Assembly (NCBI RefSeq): GCF_040938485.1
Contig: NW_027271188.1
Location: forward strand, 806,001 to 870,000
From: Diadema antillarum
Taxonomy: Eukaryota
DNA: 64,000 nt
Reading direction: 5' to 3'
The notes under the pieces are model-generated. The model was not told where the DNA came from, did no database searches, and saw only the letters and a program-made list of their open reading frames with translations. Below, in pieces: positions 46,331 through 58,400 of this stretch. The translations under genes and the position numbers were made by a program. Position 1 is the stretch's first letter, and each line of letters opens with the position of its first letter.

Positions 46331-49300
46331 TTAGAGACAGTGTCGCTTACTCTCTGGATACTTTGTCTCCAGCTCCGCATGAAATTGGAGAAAGAGGTGT
46401 CGATTGTCTCTGTTTTCTGTGTCTTTTTGTTGATGGAACTCTGTCTTCTCCTTGAAGCCCTTGTGAATGACAAATGCTCGATCCAAGACCGCAAAGTTGT
46501 ACCCTGCCACATTTAGCTCGCAGACCTGTGACGATAGCAGAGAAATTATCCTTACATAAATGGAGTCATTCCATTCATTTCACATAAAACACTTGCATGA
46601 TCAATTTCTCTTTATATCTCATAAACTGAAGTGAATTTCAAAAATGCTTCCTGTACCTACACTGGTAGTGGCAGGGAGATTACAGAAGCACAATATAACT
46701 TTCACATATACAGTAACGAAGCAATCTTAATAAGAAATCACAGTTAATGGAATGGTTGCAGTCGTTAACCTAATGTTTTGGGGAAAAAGAACCTTTAATG
46801 GCAATTTGTGCAAAATGTAACACATACTTGTGATAACATACTTGCTGAGGAGAATCCTGGTGATGCCTCAATGCCTGATAGACCATGTACAAACGTGTAG
46901 GTTTTAAACTTTCCAGTAGGACTTAAAATGAAGGAGCAGCAAATGATGTCATCACTCACTGAGCTGATATTTTGTTATGCAAATCTTTTGTTTGTCAAAG
47001 GACAAAAATTTTTAACATGCAAAAGTCATTGCATACTTACCATTTTGGGGGGATATCAAACTCTTCAAGTCTTTAAATGCAAATACTGTATACACATTCT
47101 ACTTTGCAGCACATTATGACAGCATGGAGTAGACACAACTACCGGTATGCCTCATTGAAGCTCAAAGATGACACATGAAGCGAACATTATACTAATTTGT
47201 GTCGTGGTCATTAGCTTTCCATGTATATTATATTGCCTGCTACAAAGGACAAAAGGTTGAACTGACAAATTCAAATATTTACATTACAACTTTGAGGTAG
47301 AAAAGCACTTTTGTTGTTGTTTTTGTTTTTGTGTTTTGTTAGGATTGTCACTAACCACTACATACATGTACATTGTACATGTACTGGTGTGAGGGGGAAG
47401 GAAAACTAAACTGACTGTCTTTACACAGGCCAGCTCCATCAATGCACAATTGCTGGGATTGTCACCTGACTGATTCTGTTGTAGCCATATTGTCTGAAGC
47501 GTTCATCATAAAGAGGAACATCACTCCGGCTGATGTAGAAAGGTTCCCATAGGGGTTTCCATTCCACTGTGTAAGCCACACCAAGCTGTCCAGTGAAGCT
47601 CTACGGGGCAAGGAATGGGGGATATACAAATGTAATACACTGAAATGTTGGCCATGTACACGTATTTTAAAAGCTGTTAATATTGTATATTGCCTGCAAT
47701 AGAATCACCATCATCTGCTGTGGTTTCCATGCTCATTTCATTCTCTTCTCAGTAATTTTGGAATAACATTGTGTAAGAATTGACATGAAATCATCAGTAA
47801 CATCACAAATACAGAGGTAAATTATTAAACCAGGGATGACTACATGGCATAATAAAACCAATTTAATTTTTCTAAAATATCAAAATGACTGATTATTCAA
47901 ACTTATTCTTAAACAACTGAATCAAAATAAAGCATCACACATCTTTCAGATTTGAAAATGACTACTGCATACACATTACAGACAGGTAGAATTTATAGGT
48001 AATTGGTGACTGATGTAAACATATTTGCCTAGTAGAGTAATTGGGGGAACTTCTTTTTAGCTTCCAGCAGGCATTGGGGATCTTGGTTCTGAGAATAGTT
48101 GTACTGTATATGATGCATCATCTTAAAATACACATATTTTTTCAATGATTCACCTAAGTTGTTTTCATTTGCTGCAATATTCTATACTCAACTTTCTCCC
48201 CAGGGGTAGTTAACCCATGGAGCTACTAATAGCTCCATGGTTAACCCTAAGCAAATTAAATACTGGTATAATATTTTAATACATACTGTATGCATAAACA
48301 TTTCTTGTTTTTAAAACAGCACTTCTTGCAAAAATAATCAAAATGTTTTTATTCATCAAATTGGAACATGGGAATGATAGATGGATTTGGACAAAAATGG
48401 TACAGTCTGAATTTACAAATTGTTACTCACCTGAAGACTTGTCCAGCGCAAATAATCAGTATGGTTCTGACAGTAGGGACACTGCTTCACATAAAATTGT
48501 CTGGCTGTGTCCTTTCCAAACTCCACCATCAGTTCTCTCTTGTTGCAAGGCAGCCTGTGAACTGCTCTGACGTCAACCTCAAATGCTGGCAGCACAAACA
48601 CCATCTGCTGCACCATGTCCTGATCCAGCCAGAGTGAGGATGACCCCTGGACAAACTGAAGGAAGTTCTCTCGGAGACCACAGCTGGGAAGCATGTCGAC
48701 ATCCAACACAAAGTGATAATCAGTGAGGGCGTGCGTCCTGCCCACATTTCTTAGTAAGTTCGTTGGATACGAAACCCCGTTCTGTGCATAATTTCTCACA
48801 TTCTCACTCGAAGACCTGATGCTGTCAATGAGTTTATCACAATGTACCATGGGTACTGAAATGGAGCGCTTATTTGTCTTTGCACCATATACTTCAGCTT
48901 CTTTTGAAAAGGAGCTCAGAGGGTGCACGAGGTGGAAAGTCACATTTCTACGGATTCCTAAATAGCACTCTTGGAGTGAAAAGATATAGCTGATTATTGT
49001 GGGTATGTCAGGAAGGCTGCCAAAAACAGCTACTGACACTGGGCCTTTCCATCTATCAACTAATTCTGGCAGGTGAAGCATATTATTCATAGAGCAGTGA
49101 GTAATTAATGTTACATCTCTCCTGTTCAGAGGCCTGACTTTACTATAAACTCTGGATAGGTCGTAGAAAATCTGATACGAGCCATATGTGTTAAGTTTTG
49201 GTGCCGGCAAGTTGATGTATCTGTGCTTGGTCCTGTATTGATGACTGTGGCTGCTGTTTGCACTCTTCTTTGGAGAAAAATCTCTTGCCCCACTCTGAAG

Positions 49301-49414
49301 CCCATTTTGAGTTCTGTTGTCCAGCCATGAGATCATTGTGAGATGAATGAGTTGGAGGAAGACCAGTATTACCACCAGAGCACAGATGGTGTACTGCATC
49401 AGTGTGCAACGCAT
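46331..49414 (-). CDS. B4GAT1: Beta-1,4-glucuronyltransferase 1 (B3GNT1/B4GAT1, glycosyltransferase family 49), 3 coding exons, 437 aa
   Basis: Exons 48431-49414, 47466-47600, 46331-46525 total 1314 nt, to TAA. N-terminal type II membrane anchor ([24 protein letters not shown]), [11 protein letters not shown], DxD motif (FVLDVDMLP), [46 protein letters not shown]. Confidence 0.93.
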
Positions 49415-50295
49415 GTTGACTGTAACTGTAGTACTTCAGAATCATCATTCTTCAGAGAAACGAGCCGATCTGGAAAGAAGAAGAAGAAGAAGAAGAAGAA
49501 AACAGCCAAACATTAACCAGAGAAGAATCACCTTCATTACAACAACAACCTCCAAAAAATATATCAAACACCAATAATAATAACTGCAGTAGTTTCCTTT
49601 GTGTTATTAATGCAGTAAACTCCCCATATCACATTTAACAAAACTTGGATAGGAACCAAGAGGGGGAAAGGTAAATTAAAATTGACAAGCTGGTATATCA
49701 CCAAGTGTTGTGGGACCGGACGCGTATTGTAAGTGCGTGTAAGTGCGTATTTAATGAAAATGACGCAGTGAAAGTCTCACAAGATGTTACGAGTTATTTA
49801 TACACACATGTCATTAGGCCAGTTCGATCAAATGTTTGATGAAAATCAATTCAAATTCATCAAACAGTCCTTCAAAAGTAATATCGAAGGATTCAAAATA
49901 TATTCAAATATTATTGGGGGAAAAATGACGGCTAGAAAAAAAACAGCGGCCTGTCGAAAAAACGCATTTAAGTGCCCTTCAATATACGTATTGTCAGGGT
50001 GGTCGGTTGAAATGAGCAGGGCAACTGGGTGCGGAAAAAATGACACCCCACGCGTTCGAAGCCGCCATCTAAAAGCGCGTACCTCAGATTGCATTTTCAG
50101 TGCGCGCTTGTGAATCCGGAGTATTTTCTCCACACGTGAGTAAAATCTCAGGCAAATTGTGAGATTTTTCACGTTTCTATTGATAGAAAAACGTTAGGTG
50201 GCCGGTATTATGAACACCCAACCATACTCTGTTATTATTTGACATGAATTCAGATTCTGATGAGGTATACAATGAAGTATTTGCACTAACGTTAA

Positions 50296-50682
50296 AGGGG
50301 CTGTACAGTACTGGTTGAGGTGGGGGTTCATGTTTTTTACATTCCTAAGTGAGATAATGAGAAACCTATTATAAAATATGAAAGAGCATGTGATTTTAAG
50401 AAGGATTCAACGTTTATTTGATGAAAATTGGTTTTCAAATGGCTGAGATATCCAAAAAAGTGATAATAATAAAAGGCGACAGGCCACAACTTTATTAGGA
50501 TCTCTTTGTTTCACCTTGTTTTTGGATATCTCGGCCACTCCAAAACCGGTTTTCATCAAATAAACTTTTGATACCCCTAAGAATTGCATGCTCTTTGACA
50601 TCTCATAGAGTGATTTCTGAATATCTCGCAAAATGTTAAAAGCTAAATCCTCACCTCGACCAAAACTGTAACGCCACACCCT
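50296..50682 (+). mobile_element. Kolobok-like family B copy
   Basis: TTAA-AGGGG...CCCT-TTAA; interior homologous to 25768 and 40193 copies. Confidence 0.75.
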
Positions 50683-50728
50683 TTAAAATAAGAAAAGTTC
50701 AACATTTGATTCAGTAGATTCAGTAGAA

Positions 50729-51586
50729 GTTGTAGGATTTTTAAGGCGAAATCTGCATGATTGTAACAATAGAATTAAAGATACCACAATTATAAGACTC
50801 TTGTTAGACCATTACTAGATTACTGTTCAACAGTCTCTGGGACCCCCACACTCAGACTCTGGTAGACAGACTGGAAGCAGTGCAGAACAGAGCAGTGCGT
50901 TTTGTTAGAGGGGATCACTCTAGACACAGTAGTGTTACAAAAATGAAGCGTGAGCTGGGCTGGGAGTTGACCGAAAGATCGGTCTGTATCTGTCCGTCGG
51001 GGAATGTTCCGCGGAGACTGCGTCTGGCTTCACGGATCCCCTCCGTTTGTCTACGGGGGACAGTGTTAATGGCAAAATATAAAAGAGTCCTCCGGACAGA
51101 CGGATCTTTCTGTCTAGGCTGGGAGCTGCTGAAACATTGACGCAGAGTAGGCCGCATTACCACATTCCGCGAAGTGCTTGCGGGTCGCCTATCCATCCCA
51201 CGCCTATCCATCCCAGTTCGAAAAGCCCTGCGTCCCGTCCGAAGGGTTCTCCAGAATTCATCCACTACAGGACAATTACAAGCTTCATCCCAATCGCCAC
51301 GAACAAAAACTGTTATAAATACTCGTTCATTCCAAGAACAATCATAGACTGGAACTCACTCTCATCAACACAACAGTTTCTAACATCACAAACAAGGACT
51401 CTTTTAAAGCAGCAACCCTACAATACATCCAGGAGCAAAGCAACTAGACCCAACACTTCTCTCTCCGCACAATTTAATACCAGCGCACCCCCTGTCCAGT
51501 TGGTCCCTACTAATTAAAGGGGTGTTTATTATAGACTCTAGACAGTATTCAGTAGACACAGTACATACGAAGAAGAAGAAGAAGAA
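50729..51586 (+). mobile_element. 5'-truncated CR1/L2-group LINE, copy 1 (interrupted by MITE)
   Basis: Frameshifted VGFLRRNLHDC / TLVRP / WDPH / LEAVQNRAVRFVRGDHSRHSSVTKMKRELGW / YKYSFIPRTIIDWNSL; (GAA)n tail. Confidence 0.85.
50967..51116. mobile_element. 150-bp MITE with 9-bp TSD nested in LINE copy 1
   Basis: TSD GGCTGGGAG at 50958-50966 and 51117-51125; TIRs TTGACCGAAAGATC / GATCTTTCTGTCTA; uninterrupted site present in LINE copy 2. Confidence 0.85.
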
Positions 51587-51958
51587 TCATAACTTTGATT
51601 GTGATTTTTTTCATATCTAACCCTGGTTATTTAATATAAGATGAATAACTGGACAGCCCTAGTTATTATAAGATGAATATAATGTTTATATTTTATGAAA
51701 AACAAATCTACATGTAAATATGCTAACGTTAGCTATGATGTATCATTAATTGTGTGCGATGATGCAAATGCATTCAGGTCATATTCGCACACACACATAC
51801 ACACACACACACAATACACACATTGCATTTAGAATTCTAAATCGAATTTTATTTTGTGCTCCATACCATGAGTGAGACCAATTTCTTGCTCAGACCAGTG
51901 TCAGTGCAGTGGTTATAAGAACGGTCGCTAGTCTTTATAGCGAAACATGATTTCATAC

Positions 51959-52455
51959 CTGGAATCTTCAATGTCACATCACACGGAAACTTTAGCTGAT
52001 GAGGGCCATTCGACTCACACGTACCGTACGTCACTATACTACACAGTTGGTTGCGACACAACAATGATTCGGCTTTGCGTGTATGAAATACACGTCTATG
52101 GACTGTTTAGTGAATATTGCCTTATCATGAAACGGCACAACTCGCAGGCGCATTGCGCTGTATGAGAGCGACTAGAGTTCTGTGGACCGACTGCGACGAC
52201 GTACGACGCCGACGTACGGCCATTCATTTACACACGGAGCTACGTCTACACTGTTTGGCGCACGACTGCTAGTCATTCCCAGTGCAGTGTGGTTTACCTA
52301 CTGTACATGTACGTACTGTACAAGTCGGTACGTCGATCGTATATGTGCATTATTGTCGTCGCTCGCTCTGCCTATGGCATGATTGCTTCTTTAGCTGTTC
52401 TTTAGTCGCTATTAAATGACTAAGCATTTGTAGTGGAAAAAATCCTCCGTAAATC
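51959..52455. promoter_or_regulatory. Probable bidirectional promoter / 5' exons of B4GAT1 (-) and the HEAT-repeat gene (+)
   Basis: Locally CpG-rich. Minus-strand donor CAG|GTATGA at 51959/51958 could splice to the B4GAT1 acceptor at 49469; the HEAT-gene ATG is at 52456. Transcription start sites are not visible. Confidence 0.5.
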
Positions 52456-55400
52456 ATGGAGCTCAAGTGTGTCTTGGAGCTGCTTTTGAGCGCAAAGAAA
52501 CTTGAACGAGATAAAGGTTTAGCAGCTCTCCAGCAGAACCTCGATCAACAGCAACCTAATTCGGAGCTGGCCGAAATTGAGGTGCCTCTCATGTCAGTGT
52601 TGCATAACCAACAATCGACATGGGAAGCTAAACATGGTGCTCTCATGGGAGCAAAAGTTTTGACGGGACTGGATGGTGCAAGTGATGATTTTCTTCAAGA
52701 AATAAAAGGCTGTTGTTTGCAGCTTTTGAATGACACAGAGGCGCGGGTTCGACTTGCTGCTGGTAAATTTAAATTCTAAACTTATCATGCTTATTCAATT
52801 CAATTGTTTGCTTGAATTTTTTGAAAAATGTTTTGAACGAAAGTTGAATTAATAAATAATAAGTTAAAAGTCATGCCTTGCCGCAATGTATAGACTTACT
52901 AGAGTCTTAATTAGACCCTTGGTCTAATGAGAGCTTGGCTCTATTCTTCATAATCTTCTTCTTTTGTCATGTTTGTAATAACTAGCTCTAGCCTAGATCT
53001 ACATCCCACAGCCCATGCAGTTGCTGTAGCCTGATGTAGACCCTCTAACGTTAGATACATGTAGATCTATTAAAATCGCACAGCGTCTGGTCGGGCTAGG
53101 CCTAGCCCGACCAGACGCTGTTACGCTATGTGAAAACAGCCTGTCGCGACGTACATGTACCATGTACAGCGACTGGGCTGTGTATAGGAATACTTACATG
53201 GGTGGACTAAACCTAAATGATTCACATCGGCGACTGTTTGATGCATTTCATTGCTTATGATGCAGAAAATGCTGTCTTATAAGGCAAATATCTTCAGCTC
53301 ACCGATGCTCACTAAAACTCACAATCACTTGCACATGCGCACACAATGCATTCAGTGCAGTGCATTGACAGATGTATTACTCGCTACATGATGCATATTC
53401 ACCATGCGATGATGCATTATTCATATCCTTTTGCGTCCGTAACGTTGACGTCATTGTTTACGCATGCGTAGATGCGTACTGATGGATATACACGTTCAAA
53501 ATAGCAGCAAAGCTCTCCACTAGGGCAGACCACCTACTCCTAAAAAATGTGGAAAATTATTCAGTTTCCAGATAAATTGGTGAGAAGGACCAAGGCAATG
53601 GGGTAGTGTATATTTCATTTTATATTGTCACTGTGTTTATGATGGACATTTAGCCATGGTTTATTTGTGAAGTTGCCGTATATGTGGTTAGGCTAGGCCC
53701 TACTTCTTTTGTTGACTTCCTCCACAGTCCTGGAGAACTGTGTTTGATTCGCAGAAAGGAATTTTTAGTGATACACTTATCGTCATGTATTAATGTGGTC
53801 AGGAGTCGAGCCAGAGACAACAGAAAAGAACGGCCAACAGAGTAAAAAAAGGAAAGAGCAGAAAAATCAAAAGATAAGGAAGACATGGGTTTGATCGTGC
53901 AGCAGGTATGAAGAGGTATACAACATCACATCATAGACGAACAAATCACATGCATATCACAAGGTCAGCAAGGAAGCGAAAGGAACTGAGGTGGAGATAC
54001 GCAGATTCTTCCAGGGAAGAATATAAGTGTCTTGTTAGTATTAGACCATTACTCTTGTTGGACCATTACTAGATTATTGTTCTACAGTCTGGGACCCCCA
54101 CACTCAGACTCTGGTAGACAGACTGGAATAGGAAGCAGTGCAGAGCAGAGCAGCGCGTTTTGTTAGAGGTGATTACTCTAGACACAGTAGTGTTACTAAA
54201 ATGAAGCGTGAGCTGGGCTGGGAGCTGCTGAAACATTGACTCAGAGTAGGCCGCATCACCACATTCCGCGAAGCGCTTGCGGGTCGCCTATCCATCCCAG
54301 TTCGAAAAGCCCTGCGTCCGGTCCGAAGGGTTCTCCGGAAATCATCCACTTTAAGCTTCATCCCAATCGCCACGAACAAAAACTGTTATAAATACTCGTT
54401 CATTCCAAGAACAATCATAGACTGGAACTCACTCCCATCAACAGTTTCTAACATCGCAAGCAAGGACTCTTTTAAAGCAGCAACCCTACAATACATCCAG
54501 GAGCAAAGCAACTAAACCCCACACTTCTCTCTCTGCGCAACTTTAACACCAGCGCACCCCCTGTCCGGTTGGCCCCTACTAAGGGGTGTTGGACAGTATA
54601 CACGAAGAAGAAGAAATATTGGAGTCACGTGTTCCAATGAGTATTATTGGCTGGCAGTGAATGTGGCGTGCCTGTCTAGGGTGTCCGGGAGAGCAGTTTC
54701 TGTATACTTTCTGGAAGGTGTGAGATGTATGTCTTCTTCTCCTTGGTATAGAGCATGCATTCCCCAAGGAGATGCGTGATGGTCTCATCTTTGTATTGAC
54801 AGGGACATCTGGTGTTCTGTTGCTTCCCAACCAAGGCTTGACAGGTGTTAGTAGGGTACACCACAGAGCAGCTGGCACTTAATTGATATTGCCTGTCGGA
54901 GTTGAGTTGGGCAGGGAGGAGGGTAGTTACCTGAGGGGGGTCCAAGGAACTGAGGAGGTGAAGTGTGGACTTTGTGGCCATTGCCACTTTGGACTTATAC
55001 TTGACTTCTCTATGGCCCAGGACTGCTGCAGTGGTGATCTTCTTCCATTGCTGAAAAGTAGTACGTAGGCATATTCATGACATCGTCTAAGGGTGGAAGA
55101 TTGTATTAGTGAAGAAGGCTCTTGAAGGCTTTGGCTGTTTTGGAGTCCGGGTGATATACAATGTATAAAATTTATTATTCTACATCTTGTAGAGTCTAGT
55201 CAAATGAACCTTGCACTGTGTTGCAAGTAATTTTGTAGTCATGAACATTTTTAAGGAGATGCTTTTCAAGCTGCTTCTATATTTGTTGGTGGTGTGTGTG
55301 GGTGGGGGTTGTGTCTGCAATTTTCTATCAATTTCATTCAGTTAAGTTCAATAGACAGAAGTTCTTTTTATGCTGTCTTTGTTTCACAATGTTTGTAATG

Positions 55401-58400
55401 TAATATTCACTATTCTATGAGAGCAAAAATGAGATGAAAGCTGATCTAGTTTTATGTCTTGTTAATCTTCCACACTAAAAGCACAGCAAGAGAACCAGAA
55501 TTTTCTGGGCAGTAATCTTTGGCACATAGTATTATTGATTAAGCATGATGATTATTTTGTGTCTCTACTGTATGGCAGACTAGATTTGGCATGCATCAAG
55601 TGTTTGACATTTCTGTATTCACATAAAAATTGCTACCTTTGGTGTTCTTTCAACAGGGGAGCTTCTTGGAGCACTGTGCAGGCGGCAAGGGTGTGAGGTG
55701 TACCTGTTGTGTAGGGAAGACATTTTTAATGGAGTGAAACCAAACCTTGCACGAGCACCCCTGGGTGATACGATGCTAGATGAACAGACACGGGTTGACC
55801 ATCTGGTTGAAAAGCTTGCCAGTGGGACCAGCCCAGTAAGTGCATACAATTCATTTCACAACACTTCAAAGAATACTTGTCTGTTAAAGTTAAAGAGATG
55901 TTTAAAGCATTATTCTCTTCTCCCTCTTTTTTTTTTCTTTTAATCTAGACCCTGCTGAAGTGAAATATTACAATATTACTCATTTCCATATGCATTCAAA
56001 TTAGAAATGCTCAAAAATATATCACAAAAAGATATTAGAATGTACATCTACTTTAAAGCAAGAAATATTTGGAACATGAAATTTTTGTGAATTTGAGCTG
56101 ACGGCCTTTTTCATGGGATACAATTTTCACAAATTGCCATTGGCAGTCAATGCATATAGTGTAGACAAGAACATGTATTTTAATTTTGCAAATCTTGGCT
56201 CCTGTGAAATTTGCAAAATTAGAATGCATATGAACATTTCTGGCTTTACAGTATGTGAAAAATTATAGAAATTGTGGTTAAGGCAATTGTTTACATGCAA
56301 GATTTCTGGATGCAGGGTGTTGCCTTTCAGGACTTTGAACAGCATAATGCATGTTGACCATGCCGTTTCAGTTTTTCACTCTCAAGTTAGCTTTTTAAGT
56401 AAGTCTGTTTTATATGTTTGTATCCTCTTTGATGTTTCAGCCGGGGAGCAGTGTTGCTGAACATATTTTCCATGACACTGCAGGATGGAACCACCTTGAA
56501 ACATGGATGAGGTAAGGCCAACAAATTTCATGAAGGTGCAGCTACATTTAAAATGACATTGTGAGGCTTTATAAAATGGGGGTGATTGTACTGTTATGTT
56601 TGGATGTTACCCTCAACCGCTAAACATAAGATCCTAAGCCACATTCTACTCTCTGCTGGCAAATTTATTAACACTTGGGTGAATAAATAGAAAATATGCA
56701 TTGCTTTGGTAATGATTTTGGCAAATCCATGTAAGAGAAGAGTATGAACATTGAAGAGGCTACCCTGCCCAGAATGTGGATTTATTGCCTTATTAATCTG
56801 TTAAATCAATAATTTCAAACATCACCCTCAACCCTGAGACTTGCTGTATGAAATTATTATATGTGGAATGATCCAAGTTGACCCCCCCCCCCTTGTGTAG
56901 CAGAACTCTTAACTTGTGAGTACCAAATGTGCACAATACTAGTATATTGTGTTTATGTGATGTATGATTCCAAGATAAAAGCATTGATAATGGGTAACTA
57001 TACTGTAAGTGCTGGTTCCTTTCACTATGCACATCAGTCACAGTCATTAGGTTAATGGAGGTACATTAGTCTGCTTTCTGTTCTTGGGGCAAATGTTGTT
57101 ATTGTAGTAATTCATATTTCAAAGTAACAGCTATATATGCATAATACTGTACCCAGGCACTTTATTTTCTGTTTACATCCAACATGTGCATGGTAATTGG
57201 TATAAGATATGGTGTCAATGCAACTCAAGCACGTACAGATGTAGAGTCAATGCTTAAAACACCCATCCCATTCTCTATCCATACACATTTCAGGGCTTGT
57301 TATAGTACTAGCCGTGCTTATGCTACTGGTAATCCAAACACATTCTTTCTTGATTGCTTCCTAAATAGATGTTTGCAGTCTGTGATCGAGGGCTGTGGTT
57401 CACAGTTCTTGCCATTCATTGACCAGGAACTGCTTGACCTCATCTTTCAAACACTGACCCATACCAACCGCTTTGTTCGAGAGACTGGCTTCTATGTTTG
57501 CTCATCTCTTGTAAGCTGTAGTACATCTCTTGGTAAGAAACTCCTGAAAAATTGTAGGGCAGACTAAGGCTATATGTGAGATCCCATTGAAATTCTTGAT
57601 GATATGATTGTTATTAGCTCACCTGAGCAGAATCTCAAGTGAACTATTGCAATCATTCACTGTCCAGCATCTGTTGTGCTTGGTGCATTGTCTGTTGTGT
57701 GTTAACTTTTTCACATATTCATCTTCTTGAATTCTGAGGGCTTGGTTTTGATCGAACTTGGTAGGAATCGCCAATGGGGAAGGGGGATCATGGTTTGAAC
57801 AAATAATGATAATGCCCAAAGGGGTCCCCTAGCACAGAGCCAAAGTATCCTAAATTAGCACATTTTCATTAATTTTTTGGGTTTTGATTTTGATTTTTGA
57901 GAAAACGTGCCAGGAATCCTGGAATCTCATGATTTTTTCAAAAAGTTTGCCTCAGGTGGAGTGCCCTGAAGCAAAAAGCGATGTTTGGTGAACGCTAGAC
58001 CCATGGGTATCTTGTTTCAAATATATGAACGCTTCTTACCTGAAAGCTTACTAAATATAAGAATTATTACCTGGGTACTTGAAATTTGGTTTCCAGGATA
58101 ATGATGCATTTCATTTATTGTTACAATGATGAAAAAGTATAGATATTTTCTTAGCAGTGCTTACAATTGTCTAAAGTGTAAGAGTCATGATTGTGGAATT
58201 TGCCACTTCTTTTATTACTACAATATTAGTACATGTACGGATACTTTCTCCTGAAGTAAGCTGATGTTTGCCCAGTACAGTGGCTGAAAATAATGATATA
58301 AGTGTCAAAATTTTTAAAACATGTTATAAGATAGTTGTCTGTCTGGCTCATGATAATCAATGACATAAAATGTAGTCTCTCAGACTGTGTACTATTAATT

